Shown in pieces: positions 9,592 to 19,677 of a stretch of DNA of 64,000 nucleotides. Below the pieces are notes generated by a model. It was given only the letters and a program-made list of their open reading frames with translations. It did not search any database and had not been told where the DNA came from. This DNA comes from Planctomycetota bacterium (GTDB taxonomy: Bacteria; Planctomycetota; J058; J103). Made by a program: the position numbers and the translations under genes. Numbering within the stretch: the stretch's first letter is position 1; every line of letters starts with the position of its first letter. The stretch is from contig BPJM01000013.1 in NCBI GenBank assembly GCA_026004615.1, positions 8,874 through 72,873 of the forward strand, written 5' to 3'.

Positions 9592-10455
9592 ATGGCGGAC
9601 GCGGACAACGCAGCAGCGGGCACGGGCCAGGGCGAGACCGGCCGGCAGCGGGCGCTGCGGCTCGCGGCGGTGGCGGTGCTGCTCGGCACCTTCGCCGCGG
9701 TGAACGTCCTGATCTTCCAGAAGGAGGGCGGGCACAGCCTGCGTGCCGGCGGGGAGCTGGTCTGGAAGCCGCTCGGCGCCACGGTGACCTGGGAGGGGAT
9801 CGGCATCGTCGTCGCCGCCGGGCTCACCCTCGCGCTGTACAGCTTCCTCTATGCGGACAACGCCTTCTTCAAGGCGGCCGAGCACCTGTACGTCGGGGTC
9901 GGGCTCGGCTACTCGCTGGTGCTGGCTTGGTTCCAGTACATCAAGGCGGAGCTGTACGTGCCGCTGGTCAAGTACTGGGTGCGCGAGAGCTGGCTCGGCG
10001 AGCAGGTCCCCGGGCGGCCGGACTGGAAGCTGATCGTGCCCATGATCCTGGGCCTGTTCCTGCTGGCGCGCTTCGTCCGCCGCCTGGAATGGATGTCGCG
10101 CTGGGCGTTCGCCTTCATCATCGGGCTGGGAGCGGGCATGTCGATCCCGCTGTTCATCGATGCACAGGTACTGCGCCAGGTCGAGCAGACCATCGCCGCC
10201 GTCCGCTTCGATGCGCTGCTCGTGGCCCTCAACACGCTGGTGCTGCTGGTGGGGGTGATCTCGGTGCTGATCTACTTCTACTTCAGCATCGAACACCGCG
10301 GCGCCGTCGGGCTCGTCTCCAAGATCGGCATCTGGTTCCTCATGATCTCGTTCGGCGCCAGCTTCGGCTACACCGTCATGGGCCGCATGGCCCTGCTGGT
10401 GGGCCGCGTGCAGTGGCTCATCCAGGACTGGCTCCGGATCCCCATCCAGGGCTGA
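9592..10455 (+). CDS. polytopic membrane protein, last gene of the operon
   Basis: ATG 9592 preceded by aaggacgg; multiple TM helices; followed by GC hairpin ggcgggc...gcccgcc. Confidence 0.7.
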   Translation: MADADNAAAGTGQGETGRQRALRLAAVAVLLGTFAAVNVLIFQKEGGHSLRAGGELVWKPLGATVTWEGIGIVVAAGLTLALYSFLYADNAFFKAAEHLYVGVGLGYSLVLAWFQYIKAELYVPLVKYWVRESWLGEQVPGRPDWKLIVPMILGLFLLARFVRRLEWMSRWAFAFIIGLGAGMSIPLFIDAQVLRQVEQTIAAVRFDALLVALNTLVLLVGVISVLIYFYFSIEHRGAVGLVSKIGIWFLMISFGASFGYTVMGRMALLVGRVQWLIQDWLRIPIQG

Positions 10456-10682
10456 ACCCGGCGGGCCGCGGGCTCGCCCGCCGCCGGCCGGCGCCCGGGT
10501 TGCCGCGGCCGGCCAAGGGCCCCGCGGCGCCGCTTCCGCTGACGTCAGGCGCGCGCGGCACGGGTTGAAGCCGCACCTCGATCCTGTCAGACTCCAGGCA
10601 GCGGCCGGACGGTCCGGCTCGTGCCCGCGGCGCGCCCCAGGTGCAGCCGTCGGCTGCGGGCGGCAGGGAACGGAGAAGGGGG

Positions 10683-11333
10683 ATGGTACGGCTTCCGTTC
10701 CGCGACCGGACGGAGGCGGGCCGGGTGCTGGCGGAGGCGATGGCGTCCTACGCCGGCCGCCCGGACCTGCTCGTGCTCGGACTGCCGCGCGGCGGGGTGG
10801 TGGTCGCCTACGAGGTGGCGCGCGCGCTGGGCGCGCCGCTCGACGTGCTGATCGTGCGCAAGCTGGGGCGGCCCGGCCAGGAGGAGCTGGCGATGGGAGC
10901 GATCGCCAGCGGCGGCATCCGGGTCATGAATCCCCAGGTCGCCGCCTGGGTGCCGCCTTCTGAGATCGAGGCGGTCATCGAGCGGGAGGCGCAGGAGCTG
11001 CGCCGCCGCGAGCTCGCCTACCGGGGCGACCGGCCCCCGCCCGAGCTCGCGGGCAGGTCGCTGGTGCTGGTCGACGACGGACTGGCGACCGGCGCCACCA
11101 TGCGCGCCGCGGTCCAGGCGGTGCGCCAGCGCGCGCCGGCGGAGGTGGTGGTCGCGGTGCCCGTGGCGCCGCCGGACACGGTGGCGCTGCTCGCCACCGA
11201 AGCGGACGCCGTGGTCTGCCCCGCGACCCCGGAGCCGTTCTTCGGGATCGGCCAGTGGTACGAGGACTTCTCCCAGACCACCGACGCGGAGGTGCGGGAG
11301 CTGCTCGCGCGCGCGCGGAGCGGGAGCGACTGA
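10683..11333 (+). CDS. phosphoribosyltransferase-family protein
   Basis: ATG 10683 with gagaaggggg SD; LLVLGLPRGGVVVA and PRPP-binding loop LVLVDDGLATGATMRAA. Confidence 0.85.
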   Translation: MVRLPFRDRTEAGRVLAEAMASYAGRPDLLVLGLPRGGVVVAYEVARALGAPLDVLIVRKLGRPGQEELAMGAIASGGIRVMNPQVAAWVPPSEIEAVIEREAQELRRRELAYRGDRPPPELAGRSLVLVDDGLATGATMRAAVQAVRQRAPAEVVVAVPVAPPDTVALLATEADAVVCPATPEPFFGIGQWYEDFSQTTDAEVRELLARARSGSD

Positions 11334-11372
11334 ACGGAGCGGCCGGCACGCGATCCGGGCGGGAGCGGCACC

Positions 11373-12053
11373 ATGGCAGCGACGCCACCGGGGATCGAGC
11401 GCGAAGTTGCGGTGGCGAGCGGGGAGGTGGCGCTCGCCGGCTCGCTCGCGCTGCCGGCTGGCTGCCAGGGGCTGGTGCTGTTCGCGCACGGCAGCGGCAG
11501 CAGCCGCCACAGCCCGCGCAACCGCTTCGTCGCCCAGGCGCTGAACCGGGCCGGACTGGGCACGCTCTTGTTCGATCTGCTGACGCCCGCGGAGGGCCGG
11601 CGCGATGAGCTGACGCGCGAGCTGCGGTTCGATATCGAGCTGCTCGCGCGGCGGCTGGTGGGGGCGATCGACTGGGCAAGCCACGAGCAGTCCACGCGCG
11701 GGCTCGCGCTCGGGCTCTTCGGGGCGAGCACCGGGGCGGCCGCCGCGCTGATCGCCGCGGCGGAGCGGCCCGCGCTGGTGCGGGCGGTGGTCTCGCGCGG
11801 CGGCCGGCCGGATCTGGCAGCGGCGGCGCTGGGGCGGGTGCAGGCACCGACGCTGTTGATCGTCGGTGGCGAGGATCGGCCGGTGATCGCGCTCAACCGG
11901 CAGGCGAGCGAGCAGATGCGCTGCGAGCACCAGCTCTCCATCGTGCCCGGCGCGGGGCACCTGTTCGAGGAGCCGGGCGCGCTCGAGCAGGTGGCGCAGC
12001 TGGCCGCGGCCTGGTTTGCGCGACACCTGGGCGGCGCCAGCCAGGGCGGGTGA
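11373..12053 (+). CDS. dienelactone-hydrolase-type alpha/beta hydrolase
   Basis: 226 aa; LVLFAHGSGSSRHSPRN, GLFGASTGAAAAL nucleophile elbow, VPGAGHLFEEPG. Confidence 0.8.
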   Translation: MAATPPGIEREVAVASGEVALAGSLALPAGCQGLVLFAHGSGSSRHSPRNRFVAQALNRAGLGTLLFDLLTPAEGRRDELTRELRFDIELLARRLVGAIDWASHEQSTRGLALGLFGASTGAAAALIAAAERPALVRAVVSRGGRPDLAAAALGRVQAPTLLIVGGEDRPVIALNRQASEQMRCEHQLSIVPGAGHLFEEPGALEQVAQLAAAWFARHLGGASQGG

Positions 12054-12229
12054 GGCCGGCGGCGCCCATGCGCCGGGGGGGGCGGTGCGCGACCAGCGCC
12101 GGCAGGCGGCTCGGAGCGCAAGGGCGGCGCGCGCGGGCAGCCGCAGCGGCTCGGCGGCGGCAGGACCGGGCTGGCGCAGCGCCGCCGGGCATGCAGGCAC
12201 GGCGGTCCAGCAGGTGGGGCGGTAGCGGC

Positions 12230-13279
12230 ATGGTCGGGAGCGAAGCAGTGCGGCCGCAGCAGGGGCCCACGCTGGCGGCGAAGGTCGCCTTCCTGCAGCG
12301 GCCGGAGGCCTATCCGCCTGCGGACCGGCCCGCGCGCGTCGAGACGGTCGAGACCCACCTGGCGTGGGTGTTCTTCACCCGGCGGCACGCCTACAAGTTG
12401 AAGAAGCCGGTGCAGGGACCCTACCTGGATTTCCGCACGCTGGAGGCACGCCGACGCGTCTGCGAGGAAGAGCTGCGGCTCAACCGGAGGCTGGCGCCTG
12501 GGGTCTACCTGGGGCTGGTGGCGCTTGCGCGGGGGCCGGCGGGCGAGCTGGGGCTCGACGGCGGCGGGGAGGTCGTGGAGTGGCTGGTCAAGATGCGGCG
12601 GCTGCCGGCGGCGCAGATGCTCGACCGGCGGATCGTGCGGCAGGAGCTGCAGCCCGCCGAGCTCGACCCACTGATCGAGGTTCTGGTGCGCTTCTACCAG
12701 CAGGCGCCGGCGGTCGAGATGACGGCGGCGGCGTACCGCGAGGCGCTGGCGGCGGAGGTGCGGGCGAGCGCCGAGGCGATCGCACGGGCGGAGCTGGCGG
12801 TGCCGCCCGAGCTCGGCGAGGCCGTGCCGCAGGCGCTGCTCGAGCTGCTGGCGCGCGAGCCGCAGCTGTTCGATCGGCGGGTACGAGCCGGCCGGGTGGT
12901 GGAGGCGCATGGCGATCTCCGCCCGGAGCACGTCTGCCTGCTGGACCCGCCGGTCATCATCGACTGCCTGGAGTTCTACCGCCCGCTGCGGTTGCTCGAC
13001 CCGGTCTCGGAGCTGTCGTTCCTGGCGCTGGAGTGCGAGCGGCTGGGCGCGCGGTGGGTCGGCGAGCGGTTGCTGGCGGGCTACGCGGCCGGCAGCGGCG
13101 ATCGCGTCCCGGACCGGCTGTTGCTCTTCTACCGGGGCTGGCACGCCTGCGCCCGGGCCAAGGTGGCGCTGTGGCACCTGCAGGAGCCCGAGGTGCGCGA
13201 CCGCGCGCACTGGCTGGACAAGGCGGCGCAGTACCTGCGGCTCGGCGCGGGGGTGCGCGCGCTGGCCCGGAGCGGCTGA
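12230..13279 (+). CDS. aminoglycoside-phosphotransferase-like kinase-fold protein
   Basis: ATG 12230 in ORF 12050..13279; ETHLAWVFFTRRHAYKLKKPV and catalytic-loop-like HGDLRPEHVCL ... IIDCLEF. Confidence 0.75.
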   Translation: MVGSEAVRPQQGPTLAAKVAFLQRPEAYPPADRPARVETVETHLAWVFFTRRHAYKLKKPVQGPYLDFRTLEARRRVCEEELRLNRRLAPGVYLGLVALARGPAGELGLDGGGEVVEWLVKMRRLPAAQMLDRRIVRQELQPAELDPLIEVLVRFYQQAPAVEMTAAAYREALAAEVRASAEAIARAELAVPPELGEAVPQALLELLAREPQLFDRRVRAGRVVEAHGDLRPEHVCLLDPPVIIDCLEFYRPLRLLDPVSELSFLALECERLGARWVGERLLAGYAAGSGDRVPDRLLLFYRGWHACARAKVALWHLQEPEVRDRAHWLDKAAQYLRLGAGVRALARSG

Positions 13280-13303
13280 ACCCCGGCGCGGCGGCAGCGG
13301 GCC

Positions 13304-14290
13304 TCAGCTCTCCAGCAGGTCGACCAGCGAGCCGCCGGTGTGCAGTCGCCGGATCGCTTCCGCGAACAGCGGGGCGGTCGGGAGCACCTCGAGCTTGTCC
13401 CGGCTCGGGCCCGCAGCGAGCCGGAAGGGCGGGACGGTGTCGGTCACGGCGATCCGCTCCAGCGCCGCCTCCGCCAGCGCCGCCTCGGCACCGACGAACA
13501 GCCCGTGGCTCGCGCATGCGAGCACCCGGCTCGCCCCCCGCTCCCTGCACGCGCGCGCCGCGCGCGCCAGCGTGGTCCCGGTAGCGATCAGATCGTCGAC
13601 CAGCACCGCGGTCCGGCCCTCGACCGGCCCGACGAGCGTCTCCCCCCGTACCACGCCCTCGCTCCGCTCCTTCTGCAGGAACGCGATCGCCACCGAACGG
13701 CGCAGCGCCCGCGCCAGCGCCTGCCGCAGCGCCTCGGCGCGTTTGGCGCCGCCGGGATCCGGGGAGACCACCGTCGCTTCCTGCTCGCCCAGCTGCGGGA
13801 CCAGGTAGCGCACGAACAGGCGCCTGGCCTCCAGGTGCTCGGCCGGGATGCGGAAGGCGTTCTGGTAGGCGGCGAGGTTGTGCACGTCGAGCACGACCAC
13901 GCGGCTCGTGCCCACCGCCTCGAACAGCGCGGCGACGTAGCGAGTGGTCACCGGATCGCGCGCCTTGGTCCGGCGGTCCTTGCGCGCGTAACACAGATAT
14001 GGCACCACCGCCGTGACGCGCGCCGCGCCCGCATCGCGCAGCGCTCCGATGAAGAACAACAACCGGCACAGCTTGTCGCTGGCGCTGCGGCCGGGCTCGC
14101 CATACAGGGAATGGAGCACGTACACATCCCGCTCGCGCACGCTCACCAGCGGGCGCGCCTTGTGCTCGCCGTCCTCGAACTCGCGCTCCTCGTGGCGCTC
14201 CAGCGGCACGCCCAGCTCGTGCGCTACCCGCTCGCCGAGCGGGCGGCTGCCCTCGAGTGCGAACAGCATCAGCTCGTTGCCCCGGGCCAT
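13304..14290 (-). CDS. prs: ribose-phosphate pyrophosphokinase
   Basis: ATG 14290 ([10 protein letters not shown]); [29 protein letters not shown] loop [13 protein letters not shown]. Confidence 0.9.
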   Translation of the reverse strand: MARGNELMLFALEGSRPLGERVAHELGVPLERHEEREFEDGEHKARPLVSVRERDVYVLHSLYGEPGRSASDKLCRLLFFIGALRDAGAARVTAVVPYLCYARKDRRTKARDPVTTRYVAALFEAVGTSRVVVLDVHNLAAYQNAFRIPAEHLEARRLFVRYLVPQLGEQEATVVSPDPGGAKRAEALRQALARALRRSVAIAFLQKERSEGVVRGETLVGPVEGRTAVLVDDLIATGTTLARAARACRERGASRVLACASHGLFVGAEAALAEAALERIAVTDTVPPFRLAAGPSRDKLEVLPTAPLFAEAIRRLHTGGSLVDLLES

Positions 14291-14619
14291 GGCCTCGACC
14301 CCGCTGCCGCCAGCCTCCCTTGTCACCGTAGCCGATACCGGGGCGGTGGCTCCAGGGCGCGCCGGGGCCAGCGGCTGCTCGCAAGGCCAGACGGCGCCCT
14401 GTGGCGCGGGTGGCCCGGCCGGAACCAGGCGCCGCCGGCGCCGGCCAGCGCGGCCGCGGGCTGGCGGCAGGGGCCTGCCGGGGAGTGCAGGGCGGGCGGC
14501 GCCGGGCGGCCGGGTGGGTCGAGCTCGGGTGCGTGGCCGCGCCCCGGGCCCTGCGGATAGACTACCCGGGGGCGGCGGCCACGGCCGACCGCGGGGCGCT
14601 GGGCGAGAGCGGCGCCGGC

Positions 14620-15129
14620 ATGGACGGCGAGGCGGTGGTGCTGGTGCCGGTCGACGCCGCGCGGACGCGGCCCCTGCGGCAGCGGGTGCTGCGCCCGCAC
14701 CAGCGGGCGGAGGAGCTGGTCTATCCGGGCGACGATGCCCCGGCGACGCTCCATCTGGTCGCGTGTGCCGCCGGCGGGACGGTGCTGGGCGTGGCCTCGA
14801 TCTACTGCGAGCCGCCGCCCGGGACGCAGGACCAGAGCGCCTGGCGGCTGCGCGGGATGGCGGTGGCAGAGGAAGTGCGCGGCCGGGGGATCGGTTCCCG
14901 GCTGCTGCAGCGCTGCCTCGCGCACGCCCGCCGGCAGGGCGGCAGCTGGGTGTGGTGCCATGCCCGGCTCGGCGCGCTCGGCTTCTACCGCCGGCACGGC
15001 TTCGTGGCGGAGGGCGAGCCGTTCGAACTCGCGGGGGTCGGTCCCCACCGGTTCATGCGGCGGGAGCTGGGCGGGTCGCCAGGCGGCGCAGCCGGTTCAG
15101 AGCGGTGCGGCGGCGCGGGGGGCGGTTGA
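14620..15129 (+). CDS. GNAT-family N-acetyltransferase
   Basis: ATG 14620; [21 protein letters not shown] acetyl-CoA loop, FYRRHGF. Confidence 0.8.
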   Translation: MDGEAVVLVPVDAARTRPLRQRVLRPHQRAEELVYPGDDAPATLHLVACAAGGTVLGVASIYCEPPPGTQDQSAWRLRGMAVAEEVRGRGIGSRLLQRCLAHARRQGGSWVWCHARLGALGFYRRHGFVAEGEPFELAGVGPHRFMRRELGGSPGGAAGSERCGGAGGG

Positions 15130-15163
15130 CCACGGGGCCGGGCCTGGTCACCATGGCAGCGGC

Positions 15164-16081
15164 ATGAGCGGCATGGGTTCGCGAGCAGGGCCGGCAGCCG
15201 GTGCAGCCCGCCTGGGCGGGCCCGCCGTGGGAGCTGGCTCTGCCGCCGCCGCGCGGGCGGTGGTGGTGGTAGTGCTGCTGCTGCTGCTGCTGGCGAGCGG
15301 GCTGCCGTTGCTGGTGGCGGCGCCCGCAGCCGCGCAGCAGGCGGCGCCGGCGCCCGCGCAGCACCGGATCGCCGCACTGCTGAGCGCGCTCGGCGACCCG
15401 CTCGCGGCCGAGCGGGCGGCGGCAGAGCTGCTGGCGATCGGCGCCCCGGCGGCGCCGGCGCTGGCGCGGGCGCTGGGGGATCCGGCGCAGGTGTTCGCGC
15501 GCGAGCGCGCCGCCCAGGTGCTGGTGCGCCTGGGGGCGGCGGCGGTGCCGGCCCTGCTGGCGGAGCTGGACGAGCCACTGGCAGCGCGCGAGCGGATCGA
15601 GGAGGTGCTCGAGGAGATCGGCGAGCCGGCGGTGCCGGCCCTGCTCCGTGCGCTGGGGACGGCGGAGCGGCCGGTGGCGCGTGCGGTCGCGCAGCGGGCG
15701 CTCGTCGGCATCGGCGAGCCGGCGGTGCGCCCCCTGGTGGCGGTGCTCGGCGATCCGACGCAGCCGCTCGCACGCGAGCTGGCGGCGCAGGCGCTGGTGC
15801 AGATCGGCGAACCCGCAGTCCCGGCCCTGGTGCGTGCGCTCGCCGATCCGGTCAACCTGAGCGGGCACGAGCACGCACGGGCGGTGCTGGAGCAGCTGGG
15901 GCCGGCGGTGCTGCCGGTGCTGGAGCGCGCGCACGCGCGCGCGGAGCTGCCGGCGGTGCGCGAACGCCTCCGCGCGGCGATGGCGGCGATCCGTGCCGCG
16001 GCTGCCGAGGGCGCGCCGGGACCACTCGTACCCGCGCCCCCCGCCATGCCGCCCGGCGCCGCGGAGCCGCGCCTGTTCTGA
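15164..16081 (+). CDS. exported HEAT-repeat protein
   Basis: ATG 15164; leader VVVVVLLLLLLASGLPLLVAAPAAA; repeated (A)L..IGEPAVPALVRALGDP units. Confidence 0.7.
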   Translation: MSGMGSRAGPAAGAARLGGPAVGAGSAAAARAVVVVVLLLLLLASGLPLLVAAPAAAQQAAPAPAQHRIAALLSALGDPLAAERAAAELLAIGAPAAPALARALGDPAQVFARERAAQVLVRLGAAAVPALLAELDEPLAARERIEEVLEEIGEPAVPALLRALGTAERPVARAVAQRALVGIGEPAVRPLVAVLGDPTQPLARELAAQALVQIGEPAVPALVRALADPVNLSGHEHARAVLEQLGPAVLPVLERAHARAELPAVRERLRAAMAAIRAAAAEGAPGPLVPAPPAMPPGAAEPRLF

Positions 16082-16159
16082 AGCCACCCCCAGCCGGCCG
16101 GCGCCGCTGCCGGCGACCGGCCGCGGCCGGGGAGCTAGGCTCGCGTCCCGCGCGGCGGC

Positions 16160-18412
16160 CTAGCGAAGCTCTGCCGGTGCCTCCGGCCTGGCGGCGAACT
16201 TGTGGGCGAAGAAGGCGTACTCGGGATACTGGGCGAGGTCGGTGCCGAGCTTCTTCGCCATCTCGTAGATCGCGCGCTGCAGCTGCACGTCGTTCTCGTA
16301 GTCGTGCGCGAACTCCTTGGCGCGGCGGTCCTGCGCGTAGCGCCGGATGACGCCGCGGACCAGCCGGCGCACCGCCTGGCGGTCGAGCGTCGTCTGCAGT
16401 GCCGCGTAGAACTCCTCGAATCCCGGATATCGCTGCGGGTCGAGGCCGTCGAACTCGGCCAGCTGGGCCATCAGCTCCTCGTGCTCCGCCCACAGCTTGG
16501 CGCCGTAGCGCTCGAGGGCCGGGTTGCCGAGCACCCGCTCGATCTCCGCCGCCGTGCAGGGATCCTCCTCTTCGGGCTCGATGAGCACGTCGGGCACGAC
16601 CCCGCCCTCGCCGCTCTCCGAGTCGCGGTGGATCGAGCGGCCGCTCGGCAGGTAGTACTTGGCGATGGTCAGCCGCAGCGTGGACTGGCCGCCGGTGGCG
16701 CGCACCTTGATGAGCTGCTGCACCGAGCCCTTGCCGAAGGTGCGCGAGCCGACGAGCAGCGCCCGCTTGTGGTCCTGCAGCGCCCCGGCCACGATCTCGC
16801 TCGCACTGGCGCTGGCGCGGTTGACCAGCACCACGATCGGATAGTCGGGGTGGGTGGAGGCCTGCCGCGTGCGGAACTCGCGCCGGGGCGCGATGTGCGG
16901 GTTGCGCCCCTCGCTGTACACGATCAGCTTGTCGTCCTTGAGGAACTTGTCGGCGATGTCGACCGCCGCGCTCAACAGCCCCCCCGGGTTGGCGCGCAAA
17001 TCCAGGATCAGCCCCCGCATGCCCTGGTGCTCCAGCTCGACCAGCGCCTTCTCCACCTCGTCGACCGCGGTGTGGCCGAACTGGCTGAGCGCGAGATAGC
17101 CGATCCCGCCGGGCAGCATGGCGAAGTGCACGCTGTCGAGCTGGATCTCCTCGCGGATCAGGGTGAAGGTGCGCTCCTTCTCCCAGCTCTTGCGGTAGAC
17201 CTTGATCGTCACCGGCGTCCCGGCGGGGCCCTTGAGCTTGGCCACCAGCTCCTCGACCGTCTTGCCGAAGGTGCTCTCGCCCTCGACCTCGGTGATCTTG
17301 TCCAGCGAGCGCAGGCCGGCGCGGTAGGCCGGGCCGCTGTAGATCGGTCGGATGATGGTGAGCAGCTTGTCCTTGGGGTCCATGCTGACCACGGCGCCGA
17401 TGCCGGCGTACTGCCCCTGCATCGTGCGCTCGAACTCCTCGGTCTCCTTCTCGGTCATGTAGGAGGAGAAGGGATCGAGGCTGGAGACCAGCCCCTTGGC
17501 GGCGTGATCGATCAGCCGCTTGGGATCGGTCTTGTCACCGTCCTCCACGTAATACAGCCGCACGTGGCGCAGCAGCTCCTGCAGCAGCGACAGATCCACC
17601 CCCCCCTCGCTGCCGCCGGGAGCGCTGGCGCGGCGCTCCAGCTCGCGGATGCGTTGCTCCAGCTCGCGGTTCTTCTGCTCGAGCAGCTTGACCTGCTGCT
17701 CCGCCTCCAGCCCCTGGGTGCGCTCCAGCGAGCGGTACAGCTTGTCCAGCTGGAGCAGGTTCTGGGCATAGCGCCCGCGCAGGGTGGGGCTCGCCGCCAG
17801 CTCGCGCAGCACCGGTCGTGCCGCCTCGATGTTGCCCAGCTCCGCCAGGGCCAGTGCCGCGGCCGCGCGCACATCCAGCTCGCTGGCGGCCAGGTAGTCC
17901 TTGAGCAGCTGCTCGGCGGCGAGACTCCCCGCCTTGCTGCGCAGCAGCTGGGCGAGGGCGATCTTCACGAATGGGTCGCGAACGCCCGCCAGCGCGGGCT
18001 CCAGCCCCGCCACGTCCTCCGGGCCGTCTGCATGCTGCCGGAGCAGCTCGGCCGCCAGTCGCGCGGCGAGCGGGTCCTCACCGGTCGCGGCCTCGCGAAG
18101 CACCGCGAATGCCCGCTCGCCTTCGTCGTGCTGGAGCAGATAGGCCGCCAGCCCCACGCGCGCGCGGGGACCGGCGTGCTGCAGGGCGCGCCGCGCGGCC
18201 TCCACCCCCGTGGCGCCGAGCCGCTCCAACCGGCCGACGGCGGCGAACACCCCGTCCTCGCCGGCACTCTCCATGGCGGCGACCGCCTCGCCGACGGCGG
18301 CCTCGGGATCCCCGACCTGGCCGGTGGCATGCACGGCGCCCAGCACCACGAGCACCGCCGCCACCCACGCCGCCGCGCTCCAATGCCTGACATCGCGGTA
18401 GGCTCGCTTCAT
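16160..18412 (-). CDS. S41 C-terminal processing peptidase with N-terminal HEAT-like/coiled-coil extension and C-terminal extension
   Basis: ATG 18412 (MKRAYRD, TM anchor); PDZ-like segment, GLILDLRANPGG, VLVNRASASASEIVAGAL, FGKGSVQ. Confidence 0.9.
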   Translation of the reverse strand: MKRAYRDVRHWSAAAWVAAVLVVLGAVHATGQVGDPEAAVGEAVAAMESAGEDGVFAAVGRLERLGATGVEAARRALQHAGPRARVGLAAYLLQHDEGERAFAVLREAATGEDPLAARLAAELLRQHADGPEDVAGLEPALAGVRDPFVKIALAQLLRSKAGSLAAEQLLKDYLAASELDVRAAAALALAELGNIEAARPVLRELAASPTLRGRYAQNLLQLDKLYRSLERTQGLEAEQQVKLLEQKNRELEQRIRELERRASAPGGSEGGVDLSLLQELLRHVRLYYVEDGDKTDPKRLIDHAAKGLVSSLDPFSSYMTEKETEEFERTMQGQYAGIGAVVSMDPKDKLLTIIRPIYSGPAYRAGLRSLDKITEVEGESTFGKTVEELVAKLKGPAGTPVTIKVYRKSWEKERTFTLIREEIQLDSVHFAMLPGGIGYLALSQFGHTAVDEVEKALVELEHQGMRGLILDLRANPGGLLSAAVDIADKFLKDDKLIVYSEGRNPHIAPRREFRTRQASTHPDYPIVVLVNRASASASEIVAGALQDHKRALLVGSRTFGKGSVQQLIKVRATGGQSTLRLTIAKYYLPSGRSIHRDSESGEGGVVPDVLIEPEEEDPCTAAEIERVLGNPALERYGAKLWAEHEELMAQLAEFDGLDPQRYPGFEEFYAALQTTLDRQAVRRLVRGVIRRYAQDRRAKEFAHDYENDVQLQRAIYEMAKKLGTDLAQYPEYAFFAHKFAARPEAPAELR

Positions 18413-18576
18413 GGCTGCTCCCGGCAATCGAGCTCTGGCGTCACGCCCCGAGCCGCGGCGAGCGGCCGGGGCGCCGCCCTGCATTCCCTTCCACCCATTC
18501 CCTTCAACGGGGCGCGGCGCGCCGCCGTTGGGCGCCGCCGCAACCCATGGATGATACCGGTGGCGCACGGCAGCCG

Positions 18577-19677
18577 CTACCGCCGCACCTCGCGGAACAG
18601 GTCGTGGTAGCCGTACCACTCCAGCAACTTGACCGTGGGCCGCGCGGACTCCGTGTCTTCGTACTCGATCAGGGCGTAGGTGGGCGCGCTCGCCCGACCG
18701 AAGCTGCCGAGATCGAACGAGATGGTCTCGGTCCAGCAACCGGTGTTGACATAGAGCCGGCCCCGCTCGAACTGCCGCACCTCCGGCACGTGGGTGTGGC
18801 CCACGATCAGGGTGTGGATCCCCGGATTGCGCTCGAACAGCTGCCGCACCTTGTGCCCGAGATCCGGGTAGACCCGTGCCTCGCGCAGCATGAGCAGGTT
18901 CTGGCGCAGCCGCGCCCGCAGGTGGCGGAAGTTGGAGAAGCGCGTCTCGATGAAGTTGCGCAGCGCCAGCCACACCACCTTCCAGAAGAACCACCAGTCG
19001 AAGACGAAGGCGCGGATCATGTAGGCGCGGAACGGCCGCACGCGGTCGATATAGGGCCGTTCGCGCTTGAGCGGCACCAGCACCCGCAGGATGAACTGCG
19101 CGCCCCACGGCAGGTTGAGCAACGGCGGGTGGCCCCGCCGCACCAGCAGCGGCTCCTTGAAGTCGACGTAGTGGACCGCCTCCAGCTGCTGGCCGTGCTG
19201 GATCTGGATGCCGTCGAAGTCATAGCTCGGCCGGTCGCAGATGAACTGCACCCGCGGATCGCGGGCATCGCCGGCCAGATAGTGGCGCAGCGCCGCCTGC
19301 ACGCCCGGGAACACCAGCTCCATGTCGTGGTTGCCCATGAGGAAGGTGATGCGCTTGGCAGGGGCGGCGAGGAAGGCGGCCAGCGCCTGGTGGACCTCCG
19401 GGTGGCCGGCGACGCAGGCCGCGAGCTTCTCCAGCGCCAGCTCCTCGGTGATCTGCGTGGTGAAACCGCGGCTGGTCGGCACCTGCAGGAAGTCGTAGAA
19501 GTCCCCCGCGATGATCAGCTCGACCTCCTCGTCCTCGTAGTAGTCGGTCGAATAGTAGCGCAGGAACTCGACCAGCTTGTCGTCGTGCTCGAAGCTCTCG
19601 TGGGGATTCACGCGGCCCGGACGGTGGCCGCTGGCCAGGTGCAGGTCGCTGATCACCAGCTTGTAGCGGCGCGGCAT
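18577..19677 (-). CDS. calcineurin-like metallophosphoesterase
   Basis: ATG 19677 (MPRRYKLVISDLHL); DxH, GDFYDF, GNHD, GHTH motifs in order; hydrophobic helix FVFDWWFFWKVVWLAL. Confidence 0.8.
   Translation of the reverse strand: MPRRYKLVISDLHLASGHRPGRVNPHESFEHDDKLVEFLRYYSTDYYEDEEVELIIAGDFYDFLQVPTSRGFTTQITEELALEKLAACVAGHPEVHQALAAFLAAPAKRITFLMGNHDMELVFPGVQAALRHYLAGDARDPRVQFICDRPSYDFDGIQIQHGQQLEAVHYVDFKEPLLVRRGHPPLLNLPWGAQFILRVLVPLKRERPYIDRVRPFRAYMIRAFVFDWWFFWKVVWLALRNFIETRFSNFRHLRARLRQNLLMLREARVYPDLGHKVRQLFERNPGIHTLIVGHTHVPEVRQFERGRLYVNTGCWTETISFDLGSFGRASAPTYALIEYEDTESARPTVKLLEWYGYHDLFREVRR

Noticed and set aside
10539-10548. ctgacgtcag 10-bp palindrome (CRE-like) upstream of the PRTase gene
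   Set aside because: A short palindrome of this kind is expected by chance in 64 kb. There is no second copy and no associated regulator gene.
18577-19677. Metallophosphoesterase as the Mre11/SbcD/YhaO-type nuclease partner of the YhaN-like ATPase
   Set aside because: It is on the opposite strand, separated from the ATPase by the beta-lactamase-like gene. It has a hydrophobic membrane-associated segment and a size and motif context unlike Mre11-family nucleases.
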